Made by a program: the position numbers and the translations under genes
In this document: piece by piece, positions 28,624-38,541 of the stretch
How the letters are laid out: each line of letters opens with the position of its first letter
Position numbering within the stretch: the first letter of the stretch is position 1
Assembly: GCA_020853795.1 (NCBI GenBank)
Contig: JADYYF010000109.1
Coordinates: 70,181 to 134,180, forward strand
Source of the DNA: Candidatus Zixiibacteriota bacterium
GTDB lineage: Bacteria > Zixibacteria > MSB-5A5 > CAIYYT01
Direction: 5' to 3'
DNA length: 64,000 nt
Notes under the pieces: model-generated
Told to the model about the DNA's origin: nothing
Databases searched by the model: none
What the model saw: the letters and a program-made list of their open reading frames with translations, nothing else

Positions 28624-29532
28624 TCAGTGCGATCGCCGCGACACTGTGGCAAGGTGATGCTCGACCTCGTCGAGCTGATCAAAGATCACCGCATCGGCGA
28701 TCCAGCCCTCGCACGGATCGACGTCTTCAGGGATATAGAAGCGACCGGTCGAATCCAGTGACGCGGAAGCCACCTGGATGCAGGCCAGAATGGCATCGAG
28801 TGTGTCGCCAGACGGGTCGCTGATCGCAGCACCTACGACAACCGGGTCAATTGACACCGAGATGTGATAAGAGTGCTCGAATTGAGGAGTGCTTATCCCA
28901 CGCAAAATTGCCTGGCGTGCCTCAAGCTGAGAGATAGTCTGTTTCTTCTTGGAATCGTTCTTGTAAGTCGTCTGGCCGATCAGAAGTCGAGCCGGCACCG
29001 CCGGATATGATTCGCAGATGACGCAATCAGATTCCGAGGGTCGACACGGCAAGACGGACGCTTCCGAGTTAAGCAGCAGCCTGACACCTTCAAAGTACAT
29101 CTTGCCTACGGGGGGATTGTTCAGCTTGAGCGGGCTCTTGGCTCTTGTGGGCCGGTCGGTACGCCGAAGGAGCTCCTTCTGGCCGTCCGGTTGGCCCGCC
29201 TTGAAAGCCACTAACACCGATTCGAATTCGCCCTTACTCATCTTCGAGACGCGTTCTGCCTGGTCCGCCCATGAACCGCTCCACCCGACCGCCTCGAGAA
29301 AATTGCGCGGCAAGCCAAAAGGAAAATCGAGCCCGGCGATCCAGGGGCCGCGCGAACTCAAGAGAGCTCGGACACCGTCAAAGTCGGGGATCGTGGCGAG
29401 TGATTCAATTACGAGCCGGTTACCGGTCAGAGCACCGTGCGCAACGGTAATCGGTTTGGACTTACGCGGAGCGCTGGTGAAGTCGAGGCCCAGGATCTGC
29501 ATACTGACAGCATCGGAGAATGCACCGGTCAT
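28624..29532 (-). CDS. DUF429-family protein (predicted RNase H-like fold)
   Basis: N-terminus MQILGLDFTSAP... resembles the DUF429 start. 302 aa with no other recognisable motif. Confidence 0.5.
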   Translation of the reverse strand: MTGAFSDAVSMQILGLDFTSAPRKSKPITVAHGALTGNRLVIESLATIPDFDGVRALLSSRGPWIAGLDFPFGLPRNFLEAVGWSGSWADQAERVSKMSKGEFESVLVAFKAGQPDGQKELLRRTDRPTRAKSPLKLNNPPVGKMYFEGVRLLLNSEASVLPCRPSESDCVICESYPAVPARLLIGQTTYKNDSKKKQTISQLEARQAILRGISTPQFEHSYHISVSIDPVVVGAAISDPSGDTLDAILACIQVASASLDSTGRFYIPEDVDPCEGWIADAVIFDQLDEVEHHLATVSRRSH

Positions 29533-29535
29533 GAC

Positions 29536-29571
29536 ACCCCCAAAAAAGAAAGGGCTGCTTGATGCAGCCCT
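29536..29571 (-). terminator. Rho-independent terminator downstream of the bS22-like gene
   Basis: Minus-strand sense reads GGGCTGCATCAAGCAGCCC (7 bp GC-rich stem) followed by TTTCTTTTTT. It starts immediately after the TAG stop and ends 6 nt before the DUF429 ATG. Confidence 0.6.
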
Positions 29572-29668
29572 AACGACCTAATTTCTTTTTATGACGATCG
29601 CGTCTTCTTCTCTTCTTACGCTTATGCGTCTTGATCTTCTGACGTTTCCGTTTTTTGCCGCTCGGCAT
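29570..29668 (-). CDS. Small basic protein, bS22-like 30S ribosomal protein (32 aa), not in ORF track
   Basis: ATG at 29668 with GGAGG 5 nt upstream. Translation MPSGKKRKRQKIKTHKRKKRRRRDRHKKKLGR, then stop TAG at 29570-29572. It resembles mycobacterial bS22 (recalled from memory as [33 protein letters not shown]) including the terminal KLG[KR]. It is followed by an intrinsic terminator. Confidence 0.55.
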   Translation of the reverse strand: MPSGKKRKRQKIKTHKRKKRRRRDRHKKKLGR

Positions 29669-29744
29669 TAAACCTCCGTAATAGTACTCTTAAGCAAACA
29701 GACCGCCAATATAGGAGTCTGCGCCCGCAACGCAAGCAGAATTC

Positions 29745-30038
29745 TTACTGACCCGCCAGCGGCAATTTGGTGATCAGATCCTTGAATTCGTTCGACGGCT
29801 TGAACACCGGCACCTTGCGGTCCGGCACTGGCACTTCCTCGCCCGTCCGCGGATTCCGGGCTTTGCGCGCCTTTCTCAACTTAATCTTGAAGGTGCCAAA
29901 GCCGCGAATTTCAATATTCTGCATTTCTTCCATGGATTTCTTAATCGTGTCCAGGAACGAATCCACCACGACAGCCACGTCGGTACGGGTCAGTCCGGTG
30001 CGTTCGGCGACACGCTCGACAAGATCAGCTTTGGTCAT
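29745..30038 (-). CDS. hup: HU/IHF-family DNA-binding protein
   Basis: MTKADLVERVAERTGLTRTDVAVVVDSFLDTIKKSM...IRGFGTFKI...RNPRTGEEV is the canonical HU fold sequence. 97 aa. Confidence 0.9.
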   Translation of the reverse strand: MTKADLVERVAERTGLTRTDVAVVVDSFLDTIKKSMEEMQNIEIRGFGTFKIKLRKARKARNPRTGEEVPVPDRKVPVFKPSNEFKDLITKLPLAGQ

Positions 30039-30133
30039 TTCGGGTCACTCTCCTCCGACATCATATCCGTTAAACTTCTTTCTTCCTTGCTCCACTTCTG
30101 CCGTTTACTGCCGTTGCCCTGCCCTAATCAAGA

Positions 30134-31042
30134 TTAGTTGAAAATATAGCGCAACTGCGGATAAATCAGGTTATCGCCGCGGGCCAGCAGACCCGACAAG
30201 TCCAAATTCAACAGCCCCTCCACCAGATCCCACAGCGAGGCCCGCCGACGCGGAATTTCACGGACACTGTCGGGGTCCTTCCCCAACCCGCACATCTCGC
30301 CGGCGATGTCAAGGGCATCCTCAAACGTGCCCAGCGTATCGACCAACCCAAGCCGGTACGCCTGCCGCCCCGAATACACCGAGCCGTCCGCCAGGCTGAT
30401 CACCTCGTCGCGACCCATGTCGCGGTTATCGACGATCGCCTGCACAAACTGGTCGTACGTGTCGTCCACCACCGCCTGTAGCATGGTCGAGTCCGCCTCC
30501 GTTGGCGCCCGGAACGGCGAACCGACGTCCTTGCGTCCTCCCGACTTGATCGTCTGGTACTTGATCCCCACCTTGTTGAACATCTCTTCAATGACGGGAT
30601 ATTGAAAAATCACTCCGATCGATCCGGTAATCGTCCCCTGATTGGCGACAATCCGGTCGGCTGCGCAGGCGATATAGTAACCGCCGGAAGCGCACACTGA
30701 ACTCATCGACGCCACAATCGGCTTCTTCGTCTCGGCTTTGACCTTGAGAATCTTTTCGTAGATCTCCTGCGAGGGCGTCACGCCGCCGCCGGGGGAATTG
30801 ATATGCAGGAGGATCGCTTGAACGCTGTTGTCGTCCGCCCAGCGGTCAAGCTGGCGGACGATATCGGTAGAGGACTCGATAACACCGTAGATATTGATGA
30901 TGGCGACCTTCTTACCGAATGACGGCAAACCGTCGCTGGAGCCGCCCCGACCCAGCATGACAAATGCAATGATCATTCCAAAGAAGAGCAGGAAGCTCCC
31001 CCCGATCACGACTCCGATTATGATGTCCCGCGCCTTTGCCAT
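30134..31042 (-). CDS. sppA: Signal peptide peptidase SppA (36K type)
   Basis: N-terminal TM. ClpP/crotonase-like S49 peptidase region ...INSPGGGVTPSQEIY...SMSSVCASGGYYIACAADRIVA... Confidence 0.85.
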   Translation of the reverse strand: MAKARDIIIGVVIGGSFLLFFGMIIAFVMLGRGGSSDGLPSFGKKVAIINIYGVIESSTDIVRQLDRWADDNSVQAILLHINSPGGGVTPSQEIYEKILKVKAETKKPIVASMSSVCASGGYYIACAADRIVANQGTITGSIGVIFQYPVIEEMFNKVGIKYQTIKSGGRKDVGSPFRAPTEADSTMLQAVVDDTYDQFVQAIVDNRDMGRDEVISLADGSVYSGRQAYRLGLVDTLGTFEDALDIAGEMCGLGKDPDSVREIPRRRASLWDLVEGLLNLDLSGLLARGDNLIYPQLRYIFN

Positions 31043-31052
31043 TCCTGAGCGT

Positions 31053-33128
31053 TTAACCTCGCTTGACTTTGAGTCGATCTCCGACTTTCACGCGCTTGGA
31101 TGAAAGCCCGTTCAACGTCACAATGTCTTCCACTGTCGTTCCAAACGATTTGGCAATGTCCCAAAGGGTGTCGCCGGCCTTGACCACGTAAACGAGCACA
31201 CCGCCCGAACGCGATTTCTTGCCGGCCGAGGCTGTCGACTTACTCGCGGACTTGCTGCTCGCGCTGGCACCCGATGCCGGAACATTGATCAACTGCCCGA
31301 CCCGAAGATAGTCGATGGTATGCATACCGTTGATCGACGCGATGTCCTGCACGGAAGTTCCGTACTTCTGAGCGATTTTGTCCAGCGTATCCCCCTTGCG
31401 AACTTTGTAGGTCATGATCTTGCCGGAGGACGCCTTGCTGCCCGCCGCCTTCGTTCCCGACGCGTTGACTTTGAGCTTCTGCCCGGGATGAAGCTCAGAA
31501 TAGGGTCCCAACCCGTTCAGGGAGCGCAAATCGTTCACCGTCGTGCCGTGCGCTTCCGCGATCTGCCAGAGGTTATCGCCCTTGCGCACCGTGTAGGTGC
31601 CGTTGGCCGCCAGCGCCGACGACTTCGAGCCGGAGCCGGATTTCTTGCCGCTGCTCGATCCGCCCGATCGCGCCAGCTCCGGATTCTGAATCGGGACCAG
31701 CAAGTGGCGACCCGCGATCAGCTTGCTCTTGGTCGAAGCGTTATTCGCGGCTGCCAGGCTCTTGGCCGAAACTCCGTATTTCTTGGCGATACTGGCCCAC
31801 GTCTCGCCGCGACGAATCGTATGCTGCTCCATGCCGGAGGCCTTCGGTTTCTCAAAACCGTCATAGGCCGCCCAAAACGCCGTCTCCATGTTGGTCGGAA
31901 TTCGCAGCCGATATGAGCCGGCATTCGGCGGTGTGACATTGCGCAGCAACTCGGGGTTCAGGTGTTGAAGATACTCAAGGCTCGTCCCGAGCGAACGTGC
32001 AACGTCACGAAGATCGACGCACTTGTCGATGGTCACCGTCTCGTAGTCAATCGGCTCTTCGAAGTACGACGCAAAACCGTATTTCTCAGGATTCTTGGCG
32101 ATGATCGTCGCCGCCAGGAACAACGGAACATAGTCCTTGGTTTCACGCGCCAGACTCCGGAGACGGAAATAGTCGGTGGTGTTCTCGCGCTTGACCGCAC
32201 GATCGACCCGACCCTCGCCGGCATTGTACGCCGCCAGAGCCAAGTACCAGTCACCATAACGATTGTAAAGGAAAGTCAGGTAGCGTGCGGCGGCCCGCGT
32301 CGACTTCTCGAAATCGCGCCGCTCATCATACCACCAATTACGATAAAGTCCGTATTGTTTTCCGGTTCCAGAGATGAACTGCCACGGTCCAACCGCGGCT
32401 GCCCAGGAGTAGGCATTGGTCTTGTATCCAGATTCGATCAGAGGCAGGTATACCAAATCGCGCGGCAGGCCTTCTTCCTCAAGGATCCGGATCATGGTCG
32501 AAGAATACTTGCCCGAACGCGTCAAAGCCGCTTGGAAGAAATCGCGCGCCAGCGTCTGGAAGTATATGATACAATTCTCGACCTTTTCGTTGACTATCAC
32601 CGGAACATCGAATACTGCGGTCTTGTCAACGTCAGTAACTACCGGCTCTTCCCGAAGTTTGCTGAAGTCATCGATTTCCAAAAACCGATCGACAAAAGCG
32701 GAGCTGGAGGTCTCTCCGGGAAGAGTTGCGAGGTAAAGCAAGGTCAGCTTGTATTCCGAGCGAATGTCGCCCAACAACTTAAAGTAGCGTTGGCCGATTT
32801 CACTTTCGTCCGTCGGATCAACGTCGAGGTCGGAAAGAATCGTCAGGGCGCGTTCAAAATTGTACTGGGCTTCCTGCCACTGTTCCTGCGAGTTAGCCTG
32901 AACTCCGTATTGAAAATACTCTTCGGCGAGGTTCAATTCGTTCTGCGCGGCGACTACCGCCTCGTTATTCGCTGGAATCGATTCACTGACATTCGCTTGA
33001 GAGGATGGAGACTCGGCCTCAGTAGATATATTTGTCGCAACGGCCAAAGTGCGATTTTCCCGCACTGCCGACGAACACCCCGCCACCACCAACATCACCA
33101 CCGCGACAAAATATAACAAACGAGGCAT
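31053..33128 (-). CDS. mltD: Membrane-bound lytic murein transglycosylase D-like (SLT domain plus four LysM domains)
   Basis: Lipoprotein signal MPRLLYFVAVVMLVVAGC (start at about 33128 with a GGGAGGAAG RBS). SLT domain (...ESGYKTNAYSWAAAVGPWQF...). Four LysM repeats (TYTVRKGDNLWQIA..., YKVRKGDTLDKIAQKYG..., YVVKAGDTLWDIAKSFG...). Confidence 0.8.
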   Translation of the reverse strand: MPRLLYFVAVVMLVVAGCSSAVRENRTLAVATNISTEAESPSSQANVSESIPANNEAVVAAQNELNLAEEYFQYGVQANSQEQWQEAQYNFERALTILSDLDVDPTDESEIGQRYFKLLGDIRSEYKLTLLYLATLPGETSSSAFVDRFLEIDDFSKLREEPVVTDVDKTAVFDVPVIVNEKVENCIIYFQTLARDFFQAALTRSGKYSSTMIRILEEEGLPRDLVYLPLIESGYKTNAYSWAAAVGPWQFISGTGKQYGLYRNWWYDERRDFEKSTRAAARYLTFLYNRYGDWYLALAAYNAGEGRVDRAVKRENTTDYFRLRSLARETKDYVPLFLAATIIAKNPEKYGFASYFEEPIDYETVTIDKCVDLRDVARSLGTSLEYLQHLNPELLRNVTPPNAGSYRLRIPTNMETAFWAAYDGFEKPKASGMEQHTIRRGETWASIAKKYGVSAKSLAAANNASTKSKLIAGRHLLVPIQNPELARSGGSSSGKKSGSGSKSSALAANGTYTVRKGDNLWQIAEAHGTTVNDLRSLNGLGPYSELHPGQKLKVNASGTKAAGSKASSGKIMTYKVRKGDTLDKIAQKYGTSVQDIASINGMHTIDYLRVGQLINVPASGASASSKSASKSTASAGKKSRSGGVLVYVVKAGDTLWDIAKSFGTTVEDIVTLNGLSSKRVKVGDRLKVKRG

Positions 33129-33181
33129 TAAAGACTTCCTCCCTGAAAGCATGGAGACTGTAAGCTGTTGGAAGATATGAC

Positions 33182-34132
33182 TTAGCATAATTTCCTGTCA
33201 AGTTTAAATTTGTCGAACCAGCCGAACATTTTTTGCCGCCAACCGGAAGACTCCAATTCGATTGTTTCGGCTCGAACCTGATGACGAAACCAGGTCAACT
33301 GTCGTTTAGCATAGTTGCGGGTCCGTTGCTTGATCAATTCGATACATCGATCATGACCAAACTGACCGTCCCAGAAGTCGAGAACTTCACGATATCCAAC
33401 TGTTCGTCGCAAAACCGGCGAGTCGGCAAGACCCGCCGCGCAGAGTTGATCGACTTCTGCGATCAATCCGTCCCGTATCATATTATCGACCCGCAAATTG
33501 ATAATTTGATAAAGTTTTTCCCTTGAACGGCTTAAGAGAAATAAGAGAAATTCATACCGACTCGGAGGATACGTACCGGACTTTGCAAGTTCGCTTTTGG
33601 TCAAGCCGGTTAAGTTATGGATTTCCAATGCCCTAACCAGGCGCGGCCGATTTCCCGCCGGAATTACCCTCGCTGCCTCCGAATCGATCCCGGCGAGCTG
33701 GCTATGAAGCTCTGCTGCCGAAAACGCTTCCAAACGCGCCCGAAAATCCGGGTCGGCCGGTGGTGTTTCAAAAAGCCCCACCACCAGAGCCCTGAGATAC
33801 AGCCCGGATCCGCCAACAACCAGGGGGACCCGACCTTTCGAAAAGACCTCGGTAAATGCGGCGTCAGCATCCTCGCGATAACGCGCTGCCGAGTAGACTG
33901 CATCAGGTTCGACGTAATCGATCAGGTGATAAGGTCGGCCGGCGAGTTCAGTCCGGGTCGGCTTGGCTGTACCGATGTTGAGTCGGCGGTAAATCTGGCG
34001 GGAATCGCAAGAGACGACTTCCAAATTGAAACGGTCGACGAGTTCCAGCGCAACGGCGGTCTTGCCGACGGCGGTCGGTCCGACCAGCACCGGGATGATC
34101 GGCTTAACCAAGGCGCCCGAATCTGACATCAA
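33182..34132 (-). CDS. miaA: tRNA dimethylallyltransferase
   Basis: P-loop VLVGPTAVGKT. IPP transferase family. 316 aa. Confidence 0.9.
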   Translation of the reverse strand: MMSDSGALVKPIIPVLVGPTAVGKTAVALELVDRFNLEVVSCDSRQIYRRLNIGTAKPTRTELAGRPYHLIDYVEPDAVYSAARYREDADAAFTEVFSKGRVPLVVGGSGLYLRALVVGLFETPPADPDFRARLEAFSAAELHSQLAGIDSEAARVIPAGNRPRLVRALEIHNLTGLTKSELAKSGTYPPSRYEFLLFLLSRSREKLYQIINLRVDNMIRDGLIAEVDQLCAAGLADSPVLRRTVGYREVLDFWDGQFGHDRCIELIKQRTRNYAKRQLTWFRHQVRAETIELESSGWRQKMFGWFDKFKLDRKLC

Positions 34133-35960
34133 GATCGTGTCGCGACAGGCGAATCATCGTGGGCCGGCCATGGGGACAAACGTACGGATTCTCGGCAGTC
34201 ATCAAGTTCTCAAATAGCGCACGCATCGCAACCTCGGTGAGTCTATCGCCAGACATGATTGCACCCCGGCAGGCAAACGAGGCGGCCCGCTTCTGGAAAC
34301 GCTTCTGTTCATCACCTTTCAACTCGGAGAAATCATCCAGCAGTTCGCGGAAGAGTGTCTCAGGATTCTTGCCGCCGAGGACCGACGGGACGGCTTCAAG
34401 CTGCACCTGGCGAGGCCCGAAAGCGCTAACGACAAAACCAAGCGCCGCAAACGACTCCTGTTCGCGATTGAAGGTGAAGTAATCTTCCGGTTCAAGATGT
34501 ACCGGAATCGGGAAAAGCAGGCGCTGGCTGGCAATAGCATGATGGCCGAGCGACTTGAGTGCCAGCTCGTAGAGAATGCGCTCATGAGCGGCGTGCTGGT
34601 CGATGATTAGCACCGCGTCGGCTGTAATCGCAATGATGTAGAGCAGATTGAATTGATGCAGACGCGCGTCGCCTTTCATCGTGGCCGCTAAGTGGGTGCG
34701 CTCGGTCGGCTGTCCAGGTGGAATCGTGACAACGGCCGGCACAGCTTCCCCTTGCGGCGAAGGCAGTTCCGCTTGCCCGGCCTGCCCGGTCGGTATCGGC
34801 GTAAAAATCGCCGCCAACGCATGTTCCCCACGTTCCGAGCCGAGTTCCTTCTCGAAGAAACTTCCCAGCGAGCGGCGCAGGTCAACTTCACGCGCATAGC
34901 CGGAGTAATCCTCGCCCCTGCGGCCGGACGCTGCACCAAATCCGGGAACGATGTTCCCCTGCAGGAGCGACTCGCGCACCAAGCTGTAAAGCGCATGAAA
35001 AATGGCGCGCTCATCGGCAAAGCGAACTTCCGACTTGGCCGGATGCACGTTGACGTCAACCAGCGCCGGATCGATCGCGATGAAGACGGCACCCTGCGGA
35101 TACAACCCGCCCGCGAGAAATTCTCCATAGGCGGAAGTGATTGCGGCAAAGAGCGACTTGGAATCGATACGGCGGCCATTGACAAGTATCATAATCCGCG
35201 AGCGGCTGCGCCGACAGGCCTCCGGTTTTGAAAGATAAATCTCGACGCGCAGTGCATCCGCGGCGCGCTCACCGCGAACGAATTTTGCAGCGTTGGCGAC
35301 GCCGAACAACTGCCCGGCGCGGGCGAATCTATCGGCGGTTGCCGCCAGATCGACGAGACGCTGGCCGTCGGAGTCGAGGATGAATTCGCACTGCGGATTG
35401 CCGAGCGCAATCGACTCGACCACTTCAATCACCCGGCGCACTTCTGCCGAAGCCGACTTGAGGAATTTCCGGCGCGCGGGCGTGTTGAAGAACAAATTGC
35501 GCACGGTAATCGTCGTGCCATAGTCGCATCCGACCTCCGACTCGCCGACCACTTCCCCGCCGTCGATCTCCAGCCGGTAGCCGGAGGCGGCGCCACGATT
35601 GCGCGATTTGACCGCGAACTGCGACACCGAGGTGATCGACGGCAGCGCTTCGCCGCGGAATCCGAACGACTTGATATTGAAGAGGTCTTCCGGCTTATCG
35701 ATCTTGCTGGTGGCGTGGCGGCAGACGGCAAGGCGAAGATCTTCCGGGGTCATGCCGTAACCATTGTCGTTGACCTCGATCCGGCCCAGCCCGCCCTCGG
35801 CGATGTCGATCCGCACCGAGGTGGCCTCGGCATCAAGGCTATTCTCGATCAACTCCTTGACCACGGAGGCCGGCCGCTCAATCACTTCGCCGGCGGCGAT
35901 CTTGTTGATCAGCACGTTGGGCAGCAGCTTAATCCGCGTGGCCATTATCCTTCTCCGCAA
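34104..35960 (-). CDS. mutL: DNA mismatch repair protein MutL
   Basis: GHKL ATPase N-terminus (...AGEVIERPASVVKELIENSLDA...) and a MutL C-terminal dimerisation domain. 618 aa. Confidence 0.9.
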   Translation of the reverse strand: MRRRIMATRIKLLPNVLINKIAAGEVIERPASVVKELIENSLDAEATSVRIDIAEGGLGRIEVNDNGYGMTPEDLRLAVCRHATSKIDKPEDLFNIKSFGFRGEALPSITSVSQFAVKSRNRGAASGYRLEIDGGEVVGESEVGCDYGTTITVRNLFFNTPARRKFLKSASAEVRRVIEVVESIALGNPQCEFILDSDGQRLVDLAATADRFARAGQLFGVANAAKFVRGERAADALRVEIYLSKPEACRRSRSRIMILVNGRRIDSKSLFAAITSAYGEFLAGGLYPQGAVFIAIDPALVDVNVHPAKSEVRFADERAIFHALYSLVRESLLQGNIVPGFGAASGRRGEDYSGYAREVDLRRSLGSFFEKELGSERGEHALAAIFTPIPTGQAGQAELPSPQGEAVPAVVTIPPGQPTERTHLAATMKGDARLHQFNLLYIIAITADAVLIIDQHAAHERILYELALKSLGHHAIASQRLLFPIPVHLEPEDYFTFNREQESFAALGFVVSAFGPRQVQLEAVPSVLGGKNPETLFRELLDDFSELKGDEQKRFQKRAASFACRGAIMSGDRLTEVAMRALFENLMTAENPYVCPHGRPTMIRLSRHDLDVRFGRLG

Positions 35961-38541
35961 GTTTCTTCAGCTCGTTGACCAGGTTCAGCGCTTCGATCGG
36001 CGTCAGGCTGTCGACGTCGACGGAGCGCAGTCGCTTCAAGGTCTCCGGCTCGGTCGATTCGAACAGCCGCATCTGGTTTGGGTTGACATAGTGATAGCGA
36101 CTGCGAGTCTTGAGCGGCGCAAATGTGCCCGACTCCAATTCCGCCAAAATCTCCTTGGCGCGGGCTGTCAATGTGCCGGGAATTCCCGCCAGCTTGGCCA
36201 CCTCAATCCCGAAGCTGTCATCACAACCGCCCGGTACGACCTTCCTGAGGAATACGATGCGATCGCGGTGGCGACGCACCTGTACCTGGAAATTGCGAAT
36301 ACGCGCGCAGAGATTCGCAAGTTCTGTTAGTTCGTGAAAGTGGGTGGCGAAAATCGTGCGCGACTTGAGCCGCGTATCGTTGTGCAGCGCCTCGCACAAC
36401 GCCCAGGCAATCGCCAGACCGTCATAGGTCGAAGTGCCGCGCCCGACCTCATCGAGCAGGATCAGACTCTGCGGCGTGGCATTGTTGAGGATTCGCGCCG
36501 TCTCGTTCATCTCCACCAGAAAGGTCGATTCGCCCATCGTCAGACGGTCCGAAGCGCCGACGCGCGTGAAGACGCGATCGACAATCCCGATCGTGGCCTT
36601 TTCGGCAGGCACGAAACCGCCCGCCTGGGCCATGATTACGATCAGCCCGACTTGCCGCAGATATGTGGACTTCCCCGCCATGTTCGGTCCGGTGAGAAGT
36701 TGAATTTGCGCGTCCCGGGCATCGAGCCGGGTATCATTGCCCACAAAATCGCCGCGCGGCAGAATCTGCTCGATCACCGGATGGCGCCCCTCGATGATTT
36801 CCAGGATCGGCTCGGTCGTCAACTGCGGACGCACGTACCCATAGCGCCGTGCCGCCAGCGCAAAAGCCAGCAGCGTCTCCAGCTCGCCGACGATTTGGCC
36901 GGCGCGACTGATCTGCTCGCCGTGGGCGGCGACGCGATCGCGCAGCTCGAGGAACAACTCCTCCTCCAGGCGATTGATGCCGTCTTCGGCGGCAAGAATC
37001 AACTCTTCCTTCTTCTTCAGTTCATCCGTGATATACCGCTCGGCGTTGACCAACGTCTGCTTGCGGATGAAGTGTGGCGGGACTGCTGCCAACTGACCCT
37101 TCGAGACTTCAATGTAATAACCGAACACCTGATTGAAGCCGACCTTGAGATTGCCGATTCCGGTCTCGGTGCGCAGCTTCTCCTGCAGGCCGGAGATGTA
37201 ATCGACCGCGTCCTTAATTGACGACTTGAGGCGGTCCAACTTCTCGCTGCTCCCGGTACGAATTAAGCCGCCGGAGTTGGCCAGGATCGGCGGCTCATCG
37301 ACGAGTGCCAAGGCAATATCGCCGACCACCGCCTGCAATTCCGGCAGCCGCTTCGCCAATGACGCCAGAAGCGGAACACCACAACTCGCCAACAAGCCGG
37401 AGATCTCCGGCAGTCGCCGCAAGCTGCCCGCCAGCGCAACAAGGTCGCGCGGGTTCGCCTTGCGATTGCCGAGCTTGCCCGCCATCCGTTCCAGATCGAT
37501 CAGGTCGGCAAGCGCGCGTGCCATACCTTCGCGTAATTCGTCTTCGCGATAAAACCGTTCGACCGCCTGTTGACGCGCGAGGATGCGTTCGATGTTCTTC
37601 AGCGGCGCCACGAGCCAGCGCGCCAGCGTGCGTTTGCCCATTCCCGTGCGACAGAAATCGAGCAGCCCGAACAGCGTGTGCTCGCGTTTGTCGCTGGAAT
37701 TGGATTGCAGCAGTTCCAAATTGCGAACGGTGGCAGCATCGAGATAGACGTGATCGGGATCATCTGCCAGCCGTGGCGGCGATAGATGCCCCGGCGCCGC
37801 GAATTTCATCTCTTCGATATACGAGAAAAGCGCACCCAGCGCGGCGGTCGCCCGCGGCGCATGGTTGAGTTCGAACGCCTCGAGCGAAGCGACCTCATAG
37901 AAGTTCTTGAGCTTCTCCGTCGCGAAGTCGACTTGGAAGCGCCACGACTCCAGCTTTGTCGGCGCCGCCGCCAATCGCGCCAAATGTCGGACCAGGCTCA
38001 CGGTGTCCTCATCGGAGATCAGGACTTCCGACGGTGCCAGCGATTCAATCCGGTCCAACGTTCCGGCCAGATCACCTTCATAAAACGTTACCGCGCCGGT
38101 GGTGATGTCTACGGCGCCGAAGCCGAGCCGGTCGGGCTGGTTGGTATGAATCGCCAGCAATAGACTGTCGCGTTCGGCGGGCAGTGCGCTGTCGATCGTG
38201 ATCGTGCCGGGCGTAATAATCTCGATTACTTTCCGCTTGACGAGTCCCTTCGCCAATTTGGGATCCTCCACCTGCTCGCAGATAACGACCTTGAGGCCGG
38301 CACGGATCAACTGCGTCAGATACTTCTCGGCCGAGTGATACGGCACACCGGCCAACGGCAGGCGCGTCGTCTGGCCGTGCGCGCGCGAGGTCAGCGCAAT
38401 ACCGAGAATCGGCGCGGCAATCTCGGCGTCGCGGCCAAACATCTCGTAGAAATCCCCCATGCGGAAAAAGAGGATCTTGTCGGGGTGTTGTTTCTTGATG
38501 GCAAAGTACTGCTCAAGCAGCGGCGTGGTCTTGTCGGACAT
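35929..38541 (-). CDS. mutS: DNA mismatch repair protein MutS
   Basis: N-terminal mismatch-binding domain (...TPLLEQYFAIKKQHPDKILFFRMGDFYEMF...) and Walker A GPNMAGKST. 870 aa. Confidence 0.95.
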   Translation of the reverse strand: MSDKTTPLLEQYFAIKKQHPDKILFFRMGDFYEMFGRDAEIAAPILGIALTSRAHGQTTRLPLAGVPYHSAEKYLTQLIRAGLKVVICEQVEDPKLAKGLVKRKVIEIITPGTITIDSALPAERDSLLLAIHTNQPDRLGFGAVDITTGAVTFYEGDLAGTLDRIESLAPSEVLISDEDTVSLVRHLARLAAAPTKLESWRFQVDFATEKLKNFYEVASLEAFELNHAPRATAALGALFSYIEEMKFAAPGHLSPPRLADDPDHVYLDAATVRNLELLQSNSSDKREHTLFGLLDFCRTGMGKRTLARWLVAPLKNIERILARQQAVERFYREDELREGMARALADLIDLERMAGKLGNRKANPRDLVALAGSLRRLPEISGLLASCGVPLLASLAKRLPELQAVVGDIALALVDEPPILANSGGLIRTGSSEKLDRLKSSIKDAVDYISGLQEKLRTETGIGNLKVGFNQVFGYYIEVSKGQLAAVPPHFIRKQTLVNAERYITDELKKKEELILAAEDGINRLEEELFLELRDRVAAHGEQISRAGQIVGELETLLAFALAARRYGYVRPQLTTEPILEIIEGRHPVIEQILPRGDFVGNDTRLDARDAQIQLLTGPNMAGKSTYLRQVGLIVIMAQAGGFVPAEKATIGIVDRVFTRVGASDRLTMGESTFLVEMNETARILNNATPQSLILLDEVGRGTSTYDGLAIAWALCEALHNDTRLKSRTIFATHFHELTELANLCARIRNFQVQVRRHRDRIVFLRKVVPGGCDDSFGIEVAKLAGIPGTLTARAKEILAELESGTFAPLKTRSRYHYVNPNQMRLFESTEPETLKRLRSVDVDSLTPIEALNLVNELKKLAEKDNGHAD

